IMG/VR virus record: IMGVR_UViG_3300035180_001680
Direction: 5' to 3' (one strand)
DNA: 64,000 bases
From: a virus
Taxonomy: Duplodnaviria > Caudoviricetes
Position 1 is the stretch's first letter; each line of letters begins with the position of its first letter. The notes under the pieces are model-generated. The model was not told where the DNA came from. It was given only the letters and a program-made list of their open reading frames with translations, and did no database searches. Below, piece after piece: positions 1-11,742 of the stretch. The translations under genes were made by a program, and so were the position numbers.

Positions 1-1
1 T

Positions 2-3000
2 AATTTTGCACCACCTGTTGATTTTGATAAACTTGTTAATTGGGGAAAATATTATTGGTATGATCCTGCCGGTTCAGCACCTCAATATATAACAATAAAA
101 AACACTTGCGCGAGTGCTGTGGCTCGGGTTAATGTTTTAACATCGAGTATAGCAAGCTATATTGCTGGAGGACCGGCACCAGGAGTATCTCAATCAGAAT
201 TTGACACCACTGTTGCTCAAATGCAATCCGAACTCTCACGGCTTCAAATTATTAGAGATTGCGCTTGTTATAATGGAAGGGTTGGTTGGGATATGACACA
301 GTGGGATGACAATTCTCTCAATTGGTGGCACATAAATGAATTTACTGCAGAACCACCTACTGGTCCTATAAATACAGCACCATCATCTCCTCCACTATAT
401 TCATTGTGGTTTGATACTGATGCCAAGCAATTTAAACGATGGATGGGAAGTAGTTGGGTTAGTTATGATAATATATCTGAACTTACTGTTGGTTCTACTG
501 TTTATACTTTTAACCCATTTTTTTGGTATGATATTAACGACGTTGATAAAATTAACGACTCAGATCCGATTGGAACGCCACCCCGTCCAAAACTAAGAGC
601 ATGGGATGGAGAAAAATGGGTTCTCTTTGCTCCTTCTGATTTATCTTCGGGAATTTTTCCATGGGACTCTGTTGAATCTTCTCTCTGTGTAACCCAAACA
701 GATGATTGGTCTGCCCAAAATAAGTGGTACCACCAAGCGGATGTTCCAAATATTTCATTGGCAATTAGAGCAACAATGCCAATTATTGAGTATAATCCGA
801 ATATTGAATTAAACCAGTGGTCATATACAAAATATAAATGGTCGTACAGAGGAAGTTATCTACAAGATTGGATAAGCGTAGATAGTGAACCAACACTTTA
901 TGAAATGGGTATAAAATTTAAAGTTTTAGGTATATCGACTTCTACAATATCAAACCCTGGAACAATTACTGTTGATGGTGATCATAGAAGTATGCTTCAA
1001 CCTGGGAACAAAATCCACGTCAATGAAGTACCTTCCTCTGTATTCACATTAACGATATATCAAGCAGATACGACTCACGGTCCAGGTAGTGATGGTTATG
1101 ATCCTGAAACAAACACTACTAAATTTTTAGTAGTAGAAGATACAGCACAAGTCATATTGGGATTAACAACTGATACAACAGTCGATTTTGTTCTTACCAC
1201 AACGAGTCTTGGTGACACTTGGGTAAGTTTCTTCTCACAATGGGCTTTAACAGAAACACCAACTCCGGTTCCTGTGAATCTTCAAACCCGTCCAACAGTA
1301 ATTCCTCAATTGTCATTTGGACCTTTACCTACTGCTGGATATAACACTTTTGTACTCCCTGATCTTTTCTTGGTTGGTAGAGATACTATTCGTGTTTATG
1401 TTGACGGAAAACGTCAATACGGAACGTATATTGAAGGATGGAGTACAAACATCCCCGGGGAGTACATTTCTGGGAACTTTACTGGGGCCAACGATCCATC
1501 GTATTCCAATATTGCTGAAACGGCAGTCGTTTCGTCTACTGGACATTCATATCCTGGAACACACGGGAATACAATTCAGTTCTTTGATCCTGTTTCTCAA
1601 TTTTCAAATGTATCGATAGAAACAATTCCAGCGGCACTGAGCGATCAATATCTATCTGAGATAGAAGTAAGAACTTCTACAGATGCAAATTTTTATACAA
1701 CAAACTTTAGTTCAATTTTTACAACTCTAATTAAATATCGTCTTGTTGAACAAATCAAAACCGAACAAACACAATATCCATTATTTGATATTTTTAATGT
1801 TGATGGAACAACAACCTATACAGCCAACAATATCTTTGGGTTTCAGGAAGGATCAACATATTCTGTGGATCCTAGAGTTGGTCGAAGAATTGCGGTCACC
1901 AATAATGGAAAAGAATTTGGTTTTGAACAACAATTACTTAATACTGACACAGGTGCAATAACTTGTTATAAAGATTCTTGGGCTATTGAAACTTCAAACC
2001 CCGCTGGGCTTCAAAGTATTTGGAGACGTGGAATTCCTGAATCAGATTCTCAATATGTTCCAAAACAAAGAAATGAGTATCAATTAGCTTATGGAGATTC
2101 ATATGTTGATTCTAATGGAGTAAAACGGATTGCTGGAATTGATACACCTTTGGGTCCAACAGATTGGGAAATTCCAAGTCAGATGATGTTTAACATTCAT
2201 CATGAAAACCGAAAGGTTGTGTTATTTTCAGAGATATATACTCACTTTACGTCTATTATTAATGCTCAAACCCCTCCTGTTGAGTTTAGTTCTGCAACTT
2301 CTGATTTTTATAGATTGTTAAATATACCAAACTTTGGTGTTGGTGGGACTATAAAAGAATTTAATGATAGTTATGACACATTCTTATCTGCAATGTTTCA
2401 AACGTCAACGAATCCAAGAGCTATTATTGATTTTGCTCGTTCTCGATATGATTACAATCTAACACTTCTACAAGAATACTTTTTACAGAATGCCATTTTG
2501 TTACTTACAAATATGAGCGATCCTTTCTATCAGGATATTAATAAAGCTATTTCTGATTACGTTATAACATTGTTTGAACAGAATGAATTCCTCGATAATT
2601 CATTTGGTGATTCAACTACACACAACACGTTAACAGGACTTGGTATTAAAAATTGGATAACAACTCTTCCATATTTAAAACTATCACGTCCAGTTGTTCC
2701 AGCAATATTATTTGATGTAGATTTGGGAATTAAACAGGTTCTTCATCATGATGGACATATTTCCAATATCTCTGTTCCGTCGTCAACATCAAAATCGATT
2801 TATACGAAACTGTTACAGTCAACAAACGGAGTTCAAGGTCCAATAACAACGCGCCCTGTTTGGCCGACGGTACAAAAAGGACAATATTGGATGGACACGG
2901 GTGGGGTGTTGTACAGATTTAATGTTATTAGTACATCTGGTGGAGCACCTTCGATTTTTAATCCAGTAGGAACATATTGGTTAGATGGAACAAGTGGACT

Positions 3001-6000
3001 TTTATATGTTAGAACGAACTCAGTACCACTTGGCTGGGAGATCGTTAAAGACAAAAATGGCCATATAACTCCAGGATATATTGAACCAGCTTGGAAACCA
3101 ATTGTATTGGAAGAAATTATAGCGAATGTGATTTATCAAGCTGAACTTAAATTATATGAAGCTGTTCCAGATTTTGATTCCACAGTGTTTGATTTTTCAA
3201 CACTACTATCATCAACATCTGAACAAGATGTATTCGTTACATATTTAAAAGAACAATACTTTGATTATATTCAACAGACTAACAGTAATCCATCTGTTAA
3301 CAATTTTGATATAAGCAATCCGTTTACATGGAACTATAACTCTATTTCTCCGAGTTATATTCCAGCTGTTAAAGTCGGTTCACCAACTATATGGGATGCG
3401 AGCTACCAAGGAATATATGAGAAAAACTTTGGAACGCAGTATCCACATCTTTTGCCTTGGAAATTACAAGGATATTATAACAAACCAACTTGGTGGGATA
3501 GTCAATACAAAGACACCTCTGGTCTCCGCCGTTGGACGAATTCGATGTGGAATAATATTAAAAATGGAATAATTCCCGTTGGAGCTTTACTTCCGGACAA
3601 CATCACAGTTGGAACTGGGTTAGTCGAATCTCCTACACAAGCACCGGTATACAATTTTATGTGTGTTGACACATCAACCGATACATTGCTTGCTCCATAT
3701 GTTCAAGGGAATACTAACACTTTCCTTAATAGTGTTAGTATTATCAACCAATATATCCCATCATTCTCTGACCCATTCTCTTTTGGTCAACAGGGTGTTA
3801 CGGAATATACCTGGAGAAATTCTTCTTATTTCCTATATGGATTGTTACATATTGCATTTAGAATGCAACCCGTGAGATTCCTACATGATGTGTTTGGACC
3901 AACATTTATCAACGTTGCTGGATTGCAAATTGATAACAGAACTAAAAAGGTTTACTCACACAAAGACGCAATATTCCACGGAGATTTGAATTCCGCTGAT
4001 CAGAATATTGTATTAAACGGATTAAATCAGTGGTATGTAAACTTTATTAGATTCAACAATCTTGATATAAACACTTCTGATTTTAAAGAGAAATGGATTA
4101 ATTGGAATGCAAACTTAACATACCAAACTGGCTCTTTTATTAATTCCAAATCTTTGGATGTTGCTGCAGATTATTTTTCTATTATACCTCAAGATTATCA
4201 AGTTCTTATTAAGAAAACTCCTGATATGAAAAATTTCTGGGTAGATGCTTTATTAGTAACGACAGAATCTGTAGGAACGGATTGGACTTTAAATCATAAC
4301 AACAAAGTTCCAAAATACTATGGTTCAGATTGGGTGTTTAGGTTGAGTACACCATCACCAATTGGACACACGATTAATTATTATGGTATTAAGAGTTATC
4401 CGTGTTCGTTTAATACAATTAACGACGTTGGTTCCACTATTGGTGCTATTGTGCTTCCATGGGCAAACGTTGCTGGAACACCAATCCCAGGAGAAGATAT
4501 TCTTTATGTTCAAGACGATACGTTGACATGGTTTACTGGTTCACCAGTTCAGGTAACTTCGGCAGAACTTTATCCAACTCCTCTTGCACCAAACACAACA
4601 TATTACATTATAAAAGTTGCTGATAACCAATTCAAACTTGCATCTTCGTATAATAACGCTGTTAATGGAATTTCAATTGATATAACCAGTCCTGGTTCAG
4701 CGGTATACATTGAAGAGTTAGTTGGAACATTTGTTGCTTTAGACGGAACACAAACATCAAATATATGGAAACACATTGCACTCGACAAGAGAACAACGAA
4801 TACAAGTCTTGTTCCAATGTATGTTACTGGAGTCCAATCGGTTATCAATTTAATTGATGGGTATTCAAATTGGTTAATGGACCAAGGGTGGGCTTTCAAT
4901 GAACCAGAAGCAGTAGAAGTTGATATCCAAACTGGAAAAATTTTGAATTGGCAAACAGAAATTGAACGTTTAATTGGAAGAATTTATTCTGGTTTAGGTT
5001 TGGTTACTATTCAAGGCAACCCAACGTCACCAGGTAGTATTTCAGTATTAGGTAATTTGATTCAAGGGGTGGGTTACTCGTCAGGAAAATATATTAATAT
5101 TCAAACTGAAACCATTACCGGAACAGGTTCAGGGGCAACTGTTAATATTGTGGTACAAGACAATAAGGTATTTTCTGTAAATATTAACAAAATTGGAATG
5201 CAGTATAATACGGGTGATACTATCTCTGTCCTTGGAGCTAACTTTGGAGGTGGAGACGATATAATACTTACAGTACTAAACGTTTTCCCAGTGTCGCTCA
5301 ATCAACCAATTTCAGGAGAAGTCTTACATGAAGTTAATCCTTTCAGAAACAATATATGGTTTAAAACACCACGAGGAATAATATCGAATATATATTCACA
5401 ATCTTATTCAGATGTTCGTGTTGATTCCACAGTATATGATCAGTTTGGAGATACTCTTCCAAGTTCATCTGTTTTCATATTTCGAGAAGACACGAAGAGT
5501 CGTATCAGAGAATGCTTTCTTTGTGGAAGTGTGTATTCGCAGTCAGGGGCGGTAAATTCAAACCAAGATGCAGCTATTAATCCGTATACCACTCCTCATT
5601 TAGGTGGTGCACACTTGTTCCTGGATGGGTATGAACATGCAATTGTTTTTAATGATTATACAACCGATGGTTTCTTAATATTTGATCCATTTATCGGATT
5701 GAGTACAAGTAAATTCACTCTTGCCTTTGAAAAAGGTGCTGCTTATACGTTTAGACCAAACATAGGTGGTTATTTCTTAAATGGTGAACAAACAGTTCAA
5801 AACATTGAAAATACTGTTGACAATATGCAATTGTATTATGATACGTTTAAAGTAAATGAAACTGCTGACTTTCTTGATTACGCTCGTGCTGCTTTAGGAT
5901 ACGAATCACCAGATTACCTTGACAATATCGGTATTAATTCAAAATCTAAATTTATATTTTGGAGAGGTATGATTCACAACAAAGGATCAATTAACGCAGT

Positions 6001-8341
6001 TAAAGCTTTTATTAATGCAAGATTGTTTGTTGACGCAAAAATCGACGATTTTTGGGCTTACAAAGTTGGTGAGTTTGGAAATCTAACAAGAAAATATTTT
6101 AATGACATTAACATTGAACCTGAAGATATTAAGAAAAATGAATTAAGGTTAGAATTCGCTTCTTCAAATATCGATCCAACCTTCATAACGATTACACCAA
6201 CAGATGATGTTCGTTGGGAATATTTTCCTGATCAGCGTTCTACGATAAATCCAACATTAGATTTTTATTTTAGTGCTGGTGTGATTGGTGTTATTACTGG
6301 AACATGCAATGGAAGTCCTGTTGACGTAATACTACCAAACAATGATGGTTATCAAGTTGTGAAATTTGATCCAGTTACAAAAATCTCTTCTGTTTTGGTA
6401 AGTGGCGTTTCTCAACTTAACAACAACCATATTACTATTACAAGTTCTGATAACTTTAATTATTCTGTTTATGTGTTTTCTGTTTCAAAACAAAAACACA
6501 ATCCAGCAAAGTTAATAGATAAACAATCCAAGGATGTGATATCGTCTATTATGATTTGGCATCCAGCTGTTGGATTCCATTATCAAGTTCCTATAAGTTT
6601 AATCGATATACAACGTGATAATGATCCAGCAACGTATAACAATACCATTTCATCTGGATTAACAGGAACTATGTATTATCAAGAAGAATTTGTTCCAAGA
6701 ACAAATTGGAATTCACAGGAAGTTGGAAAGATTTGGTTGCGAACTAGCTCATTTGGATATACACCATACTATGATCCAATAGTTTATCCTAACGTTAGTG
6801 ATAGAATTACAAACTGGGGCAAACCTACAGATTGGAGTTCTTTTGATGTCTTACAATGGACTGAATCTCCTGTAACTCCTGAAAATTGGGACGCGTATGT
6901 AATATCACAAGCATCTAATACAGAATTAGACCAGTATTCATTACCTTCTGGAACTCCGATGAAAGTAATTTATAGACGTGTCAATATTAACACAGATTCT
7001 ACTTTACCACCAACTTATTCAGATTATCAAAGAATAGACACAAATCCAAGAATTCAGGTTTTATATGATACTATTAGTAGTGTTTCAGTATTCCCAGTTC
7101 AATTTTTAGAACAAATTGATTTAAGGTTGGATCATAACATTGATAATGGTCAAGTTGTAAACGTTTATGTTAATGGAATATTAAAAACGACCACACACAC
7201 AACTTCTATAATAAGTACGATTTTAAATGAACCACCAACGAATCCTATGGACAAAGATTCGTATAAGGTTGGAACAATTCCGACTGGAGATTGGACACCA
7301 TTCGCAATTGGTGATATCGTTCAGTGGAATGAAACAACCTCGAGTTGGGATGTGTTAACCACTGGTGCTGAGTTTGATGCTCTTTCCAGTGTGGGTGCTT
7401 ATGTTACTTTTGATCCAACAACATTAAACGTTGGTGACACGATTACATTTGAATATCCTTTATTTAATGTTGATGTTTCAACTCTTCCGAACACGATGAT
7501 TGAATATACTTTATTTACACCATACACCAGTGTTAATACAATAGACAATCAAGGAAACATAGTAGACACAAAGTATTACTTCTGGGTTATGAATAAGAAC
7601 GTTAGACCAACGGCAACCACACTTTCATTATCTGAAATTAAATCCTTGTTGAAAGTTCCGTCAGTACCATATATGTTTATGTTGGGTATTGATGGAACAC
7701 TCCAACGTTTCAATAGTGTTGTAATCAGAGGAATTTCAAGATTTATTTCACAAAACGACAGATTTAAAGTTCGTTTCCAAACAGACGCATCTCTCCGTGA
7801 TGATAGTGATATTTCTTCCAGTCTAACAAAGAAAAATGTTCATACACAATGGGAATTGTTTAGACAAGAACAGAACGTTGTAATATCCAGAACGTTGTGG
7901 AATAAATTAACAGAGTCTGTCGTAGGATATAAGTTACATGACGATAATACTCCTGTTCCATCTTTGGATAGGGTTTTATATGATCAATTAAATGGTAGTG
8001 CAACGAGAATTGGTATGGGAGAAGGTCAAAGTTTTGTAGATAAAGATTTGGCTCTAAATACAATTATTAATGAAATTGAAAATCCAAATTATGATTTATC
8101 TCCTATTGACAAATCAGCATTTCTCGATACATACAGTTTCGATACACCAGAGAATATTTTGACTGCTATGGATTACATTTATAACACTTTTGCATACTCT
8201 GATACCAATAGAATATTTTTCTCATGTCTCCACGATGCAATGTCACTAAAAAGTGAATATGGAGACATATTTAAAACTTCAGCCATTGCGTTGCATGGAA
8301 TAAAAATATTAGAAACTTCAAAAGAGGCAATGAATGGCTAA
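2..8341 (+). CDS. Very large virion structural protein (baseplate wedge-like, >2,770 aa), 5'-truncated by the window edge
   Basis: Frame is open from base 2 (NFAPPVDFDKLVNWGKYYW...), upstream of the GTG at 119 used by the ORF track. Trp/Tyr/Pro/Thr-rich beta-type composition, at the head of a structural cluster. Product name is inferred from size, composition and context. Confidence 0.7.
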   Translation, partial: NFAPPVDFDKLVNWGKYYWYDPAGSAPQYITIKNTCASAVARVNVLTSSIASYIAGGPAPGVSQSEFDTTVAQMQSELSRLQIIRDCACYNGRVGWDMTQWDDNSLNWWHINEFTAEPPTGPINTAPSSPPLYSLWFDTDAKQFKRWMGSSWVSYDNISELTVGSTVYTFNPFFWYDINDVDKINDSDPIGTPPRPKLRAWDGEKWVLFAPSDLSSGIFPWDSVESSLCVTQTDDWSAQNKWYHQADVPNISLAIRATMPIIEYNPNIELNQWSYTKYKWSYRGSYLQDWISVDSEPTLYEMGIKFKVLGISTSTISNPGTITVDGDHRSMLQPGNKIHVNEVPSSVFTLTIYQADTTHGPGSDGYDPETNTTKFLVVEDTAQVILGLTTDTTVDFVLTTTSLGDTWVSFFSQWALTETPTPVPVNLQTRPTVIPQLSFGPLPTAGYNTFVLPDLFLVGRDTIRVYVDGKRQYGTYIEGWSTNIPGEYISGNFTGANDPSYSNIAETAVVSSTGHSYPGTHGNTIQFFDPVSQFSNVSIETIPAALSDQYLSEIEVRTSTDANFYTTNFSSIFTTLIKYRLVEQIKTEQTQYPLFDIFNVDGTTTYTANNIFGFQEGSTYSVDPRVGRRIAVTNNGKEFGFEQQLLNTDTGAITCYKDSWAIETSNPAGLQSIWRRGIPESDSQYVPKQRNEYQLAYGDSYVDSNGVKRIAGIDTPLGPTDWEIPSQMMFNIHHENRKVVLFSEIYTHFTSIINAQTPPVEFSSATSDFYRLLNIPNFGVGGTIKEFNDSYDTFLSAMFQTSTNPRAIIDFARSRYDYNLTLLQEYFLQNAILLLTNMSDPFYQDINKAISDYVITLFEQNEFLDNSFGDSTTHNTLTGLGIKNWITTLPYLKLSRPVVPAILFDVDLGIKQVLHHDGHISNISVPSSTSKSIYTKLLQSTNGVQGPITTRPVWPTVQKGQYWMDTGGVLYRFNVISTSGGAPSIFNPVGTYWLDGTSGLLYVRTNSVPLGWEIVKDKNGHITPGYIEPAWKPIVLEEIIANVIYQAELKLYEAVPDFDSTVFDFSTLLSSTSEQDVFVTYLKEQYFDYIQQTNSNPSVNNFDISNPFTWNYNSISPSYIPAVKVGSPTIWDASYQGIYEKNFGTQYPHLLPWKLQGYYNKPTWWDSQYKDTSGLRRWTNSMWNNIKNGIIPVGALLPDNITVGTGLVESPTQAPVYNFMCVDTSTDTLLAPYVQGNTNTFLNSVSIINQYIPSFSDPFSFGQQGVTEYTWRNSSYFLYGLLHIAFRMQPVRFLHDVFGPTFINVAGLQIDNRTKKVYSHKDAIFHGDLNSADQNIVLNGLNQWYVNFIRFNNLDINTSDFKEKWINWNANLTYQTGSFINSKSLDVAADYFSIIPQDYQVLIKKTPDMKNFWVDALLVTTESVGTDWTLNHNNKVPKYYGSDWVFRLSTPSPIGHTINYYGIKSYPCSFNTINDVGSTIGAIVLPWANVAGTPIPGEDILYVQDDTLTWFTGSPVQVTSAELYPTPLAPNTTYYIIKVADNQFKLASSYNNAVNGISIDITSPGSAVYIEELVGTFVALDGTQTSNIWKHIALDKRTTNTSLVPMYVTGVQSVINLIDGYSNWLMDQGWAFNEPEAVEVDIQTGKILNWQTEIERLIGRIYSGLGLVTIQGNPTSPGSISVLGNLIQGVGYSSGKYINIQTETITGTGSGATVNIVVQDNKVFSVNINKIGMQYNTGDTISVLGANFGGGDDIILTVLNVFPVSLNQPISGEVLHEVNPFRNNIWFKTPRGIISNIYSQSYSDVRVDSTVYDQFGDTLPSSSVFIFREDTKSRIRECFLCGSVYSQSGAVNSNQDAAINPYTTPHLGGAHLFLDGYEHAIVFNDYTTDGFLIFDPFIGLSTSKFTLAFEKGAAYTFRPNIGGYFLNGEQTVQNIENTVDNMQLYYDTFKVNETADFLDYARAALGYESPDYLDNIGINSKSKFIFWRGMIHNKGSINAVKAFINARLFVDAKIDDFWAYKVGEFGNLTRKYFNDINIEPEDIKKNELRLEFASSNIDPTFITITPTDDVRWEYFPDQRSTINPTLDFYFSAGVIGVITGTCNGSPVDVILPNNDGYQVVKFDPVTKISSVLVSGVSQLNNNHITITSSDNFNYSVYVFSVSKQKHNPAKLIDKQSKDVISSIMIWHPAVGFHYQVPISLIDIQRDNDPATYNNTISSGLTGTMYYQEEFVPRTNWNSQEVGKIWLRTSSFGYTPYYDPIVYPNVSDRITNWGKPTDWSSFDVLQWTESPVTPENWDAYVISQASNTELDQYSLPSGTPMKVIYRRVNINTDSTLPPTYSDYQRIDTNPRIQVLYDTISSVSVFPVQFLEQIDLRLDHNIDNGQVVNVYVNGILKTTTHTTSIISTILNEPPTNPMDKDSYKVGTIPTGDWTPFAIGDIVQWNETTSSWDVLTTGAEFDALSSVGAYVTFDPTTLNVGDTITFEYPLFNVDVSTLPNTMIEYTLFTPYTSVNTIDNQGNIVDTKYYFWVMNKNVRPTATTLSLSEIKSLLKVPSVPYMFMLGIDGTLQRFNSVVIRGISRFISQNDRFKVRFQTDASLRDDSDISSSLTKKNVHTQWELFRQEQNVVISRTLWNKLTESVVGYKLHDDNTPVPSLDRVLYDQLNGSATRIGMGEGQSFVDKDLALNTIINEIENPNYDLSPIDKSAFLDTYSFDTPENILTAMDYIYNTFAYSDTNRIFFSCLHDAMSLKSEYGDIFKTSAIALHGIKILETSKEAMNG

Positions 8342-10688
8342 CACTATCAGTAATCTTGATCCGATCCTCGCTCTTGTAAATTTTACACAAGATATTAAAC
8401 CATTCCATTCGAAACTTATTGAAGTTTTAGTCGAATACGTTTATTCTGAAAACATTAAAGTTTCTGTAACAGAACTGTTTGATATGAAAATTGACTCTGT
8501 ATACGATTTTAGTAATGTTGGGTGTATGGAAGGTTATGGAACTCAACCCTGGGGTGAAACGTATGTTCGGAAACTAAATTCTACAGTTGATATGAATCAG
8601 TGTTCTTTTGAACCAATTAATGAGCGCCCGGGGACATTGATAACAAGTTCTGGACAATCTATTTGTGTAATTAATATTGAATATCCTAACATTTTATATG
8701 TGGCTGGTGATCAAACATCTACCTTTCCCATTGGAACTAAATTTACAATTGCAAATACTTTTTCCAATGACGGAGAGTGGAGAGTAATAGAAATTCCTGT
8801 TACAACAACACAACCTCAACGAAACGAAAATCATATTTTAACCGAAATTCCTGTTACAAAATTAATTGTTGAATGTATCTCGGATAAAATAACTCTCCGA
8901 CTGTTTGCAGCATATTCTACGGATAGTGCTATCGGTGCTTCTCCGGTAAACCTTCGTTCTATGAAGAATGTTATGTATGTTACAGGTGATGTGTCCCAAT
9001 ATTTTTCAGTCGGAAATTCTTTTACAATTACTAACTCAAATAATCATCACAACGGTTCTTGGTTAATTAATAAAATATGTAATGATATAACCTTTTCAGA
9101 ATTAACAGTTCAACACGTAACTGATACCACAGCGGATGGTATAATTTATTCAAGTGTAATTCCAGATCCAACAGTCCACTGGGCAACCGGGACATTGTGG
9201 TATGCTCCTACACCAAATGAATTATCTGAATGGGATGGTAGTAATTGGATCTTGGTTACTCCACCAGTTGTAGCAAACACCCCTCCTGTATCCCCTGTAA
9301 TTGGAGAATACTGGTATAAAACGTCATCACAAACATTATTCCAATATTCTGTTAATTCTGTATGGATTACAATTGATAGTCAATATTTTGTATTAAGTGA
9401 AACCGTTCCAGTTAATGATCTTGATCCAATGTATAATCATCCTATTATTGATCCACTTTCACCGACATTTAACATAATAAACGTAGAATCTTTAACTCAA
9501 CCATTAATTCCATTCGTCGAAGGTTTCAATGGGAACACTGGGTGTTCGGTTGCGTCTACAGTGTTTGATTCATCTTTTCCAAGTGCAACATTTTCTGTTG
9601 CTGGACAACAGACGGCGAGTTTTAGTGTCGGTTCAACATTTATAATTAAAGATTCAACTGGAAACGATGGTGTGTGGAATGTTAGTTCTGTTCAATATAA
9701 ATTATTAACGAACACAACTGAAGTTACTGCACTTTTTGCCCAAATTTCTACAGTTGTTGATGCAACAAACGGGAATCCTTCAGAATTGTTTATGACTTGG
9801 GATCCGATATATGGATATGGTGTTGCTGGTTTAGATCTTAATATTCCGTTGATTAGTGGAGATGTTGAAATATTAAACGTTTCCAATTTTGATCTCCCAA
9901 ATGTTTGTTCGCGGATTCCATCAACGACAGCATTAACAAAAATCAAAGAAACCGTTGATTTTGAAATTGGATTCCCAACTCAATCTGTTCCTGTAGATAT
10001 TGTTTCGGTTACACTTCCTGTTGGTGAAAATCCTGGAACATTCGTGGTTGTTGATCCTTCTGGGCCAAACGACTTAACTCATTATTTCGTTCCAGGTTCT
10101 ATATTTATTATTGAAGGTTCTGGAAACAATGATGGAGAATGGACTGTTGCTCAATCAACATATGATCCAATTTCTACTCAAACTACTATTGTTCCCGTGG
10201 AGCCACTTCCTGGAATTCCTTCGCGTATAGAAGGGCAACCTCAAGAAATAGTATTACCGTATGGACAAATTGTGGAAGAGGTTGCTGTTTTCTCTGAAAG
10301 AATAAATGTAGATATAGACGAGAATGTAAATCCTGCTGGTTGGGGATACATGTATTATTCAGCACCAACAACTCCAATTATTGGAATTGATATAATCAAC
10401 AATACGGTTACTGTAAAAGGTGATTTAAGAAGAATGTTCAGTGTTGGTTCACAAGTTACTATTCAACAATCGGTTAATGATATTGGAGCTTGGAACTGGG
10501 TTGTAACTAACATTCAAGTGGATACTGTTAACTATGCATATACAACAATCACTCTTTCTGGTGGAACATTAATATCAACTTTACAAATGGGGACACTTTC
10601 TGGACAACCAACTTGGTTATCAGGACGTGGGTGGGGTCAAGGGTGGTCTTCGGAATTGGATCCTTGGTTAGTTGTTACGACTACGTAA
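8334..10688 (+). CDS. Virion structural protein with five internal repeats (784 aa)
   Basis: Overlaps the upstream gene. Five copies of a V.GD....F..G..F.I.....NDG.W.V motif. Confidence 0.6.
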   Translation: MANTISNLDPILALVNFTQDIKPFHSKLIEVLVEYVYSENIKVSVTELFDMKIDSVYDFSNVGCMEGYGTQPWGETYVRKLNSTVDMNQCSFEPINERPGTLITSSGQSICVINIEYPNILYVAGDQTSTFPIGTKFTIANTFSNDGEWRVIEIPVTTTQPQRNENHILTEIPVTKLIVECISDKITLRLFAAYSTDSAIGASPVNLRSMKNVMYVTGDVSQYFSVGNSFTITNSNNHHNGSWLINKICNDITFSELTVQHVTDTTADGIIYSSVIPDPTVHWATGTLWYAPTPNELSEWDGSNWILVTPPVVANTPPVSPVIGEYWYKTSSQTLFQYSVNSVWITIDSQYFVLSETVPVNDLDPMYNHPIIDPLSPTFNIINVESLTQPLIPFVEGFNGNTGCSVASTVFDSSFPSATFSVAGQQTASFSVGSTFIIKDSTGNDGVWNVSSVQYKLLTNTTEVTALFAQISTVVDATNGNPSELFMTWDPIYGYGVAGLDLNIPLISGDVEILNVSNFDLPNVCSRIPSTTALTKIKETVDFEIGFPTQSVPVDIVSVTLPVGENPGTFVVVDPSGPNDLTHYFVPGSIFIIEGSGNNDGEWTVAQSTYDPISTQTTIVPVEPLPGIPSRIEGQPQEIVLPYGQIVEEVAVFSERINVDIDENVNPAGWGYMYYSAPTTPIIGIDIINNTVTVKGDLRRMFSVGSQVTIQQSVNDIGAWNWVVTNIQVDTVNYAYTTITLSGGTLISTLQMGTLSGQPTWLSGRGWGQGWSSELDPWLVVTTT

Positions 10689-10730
10689 ACGGGGAACAAA
10701 ACCCCTCCTAAATAAATATAAACATAACAA

Positions 10731-10738
10731 TATAAATA
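10731..10738 (+). promoter_or_regulatory. T4-type late promoter TATAAATA
   Basis: Exact consensus 23 nt before the ATG at 10761. A gp55-like sigma is encoded in the window. Confidence 0.75.
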
Positions 10739-10760
10739 TTAATAATAAAAAGGAAAAACT

Positions 10761-11729
10761 ATGTATGTGCCTTTCAGACAAGGATTAGTTCGTTTGCAGG
10801 TTGATAGTAATTCAAACCCTGCGGCATTACAAAAAGTAAGTGGTGGACAATTTATCAATCTTGTAGTATCTCCCACTCCCACTATCATAAATTTTGCCTT
10901 TAATGATACAGATTATTTGTTTGAAGAAACAGTAACAGTGACACATGCATGGGGTCCTTTCACAGGTTCTAACGATCAATGGTTATATTGGGACATTGAT
11001 CCCGTAACTGCAGTTAGAACATTTGGATATACTTCACACGAACCGAAATACCTTTATTCAGCACCTACAAATCCTGCTACAAATCAACACTGGTTTGACT
11101 TGACAAACACATTAATGAATTACTGGAATGGATCCAGGTGGGTTCCTTGTATCCGGTGTTTTGCTGCAAAATATGATAATAGTTCAGTAATCATTCCATA
11201 CCTTCCAGGTTCACAAGCAGGTATAAATGTTGGAGTAAACTCTGGATTTATTTTGTTTGATGATGACGAAAAACCGATAAAAAAGTGGCAACGTGATAAT
11301 AAGGGTCAATACCTAACGACAGAATCACCAATCATCTCACATCTTTCGAGAGTTTCAAATGTTGTGTTGGAAGGTGCAACCGATTTATGCATTGCGAAAG
11401 AAGCAATTCCCCAGTGGTCTGTTGTTGCTTACCAAGATTATAACACTCTTGTTTTAGCATCTTACTTGGATCAAACCAAACCAGCGGCTGGGATTGTAAA
11501 GTGGAATATGAATATTGGTGATCAAGGAATAATTCATTCTGGCGGATATATAACAAACAATAATTGGAATTGGACGGTTCCAGCCTCTACTCCTTTATTT
11601 GTTGGAGCATCAGGACAAATTACAACTGTTGTTCCTCAAACAGGTTCAATACAACGAATAGGGATGGTGGTTGATTCTGATACAATTTATGTTAGTATCG
11701 AAGAACAAGTCATTCTTGATCAATCATAA
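10761..11729 (+). CDS. Virion structural / tail-associated protein (322 aa)
   Basis: Late promoter and RBS (AAGGA). Beta-rich protein within the structural cluster. Confidence 0.55.
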   Translation: MYVPFRQGLVRLQVDSNSNPAALQKVSGGQFINLVVSPTPTIINFAFNDTDYLFEETVTVTHAWGPFTGSNDQWLYWDIDPVTAVRTFGYTSHEPKYLYSAPTNPATNQHWFDLTNTLMNYWNGSRWVPCIRCFAAKYDNSSVIIPYLPGSQAGINVGVNSGFILFDDDEKPIKKWQRDNKGQYLTTESPIISHLSRVSNVVLEGATDLCIAKEAIPQWSVVAYQDYNTLVLASYLDQTKPAAGIVKWNMNIGDQGIIHSGGYITNNNWNWTVPASTPLFVGASGQITTVVPQTGSIQRIGMVVDSDTIYVSIEEQVILDQS

Positions 11730-11742
11730 GGAGGAATTATAG

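Noticed and set aside
119-121. GTG start of the giant structural gene
   Set aside because: The frame is open to the window edge with protein-like sequence, so the true start lies upstream of the window.
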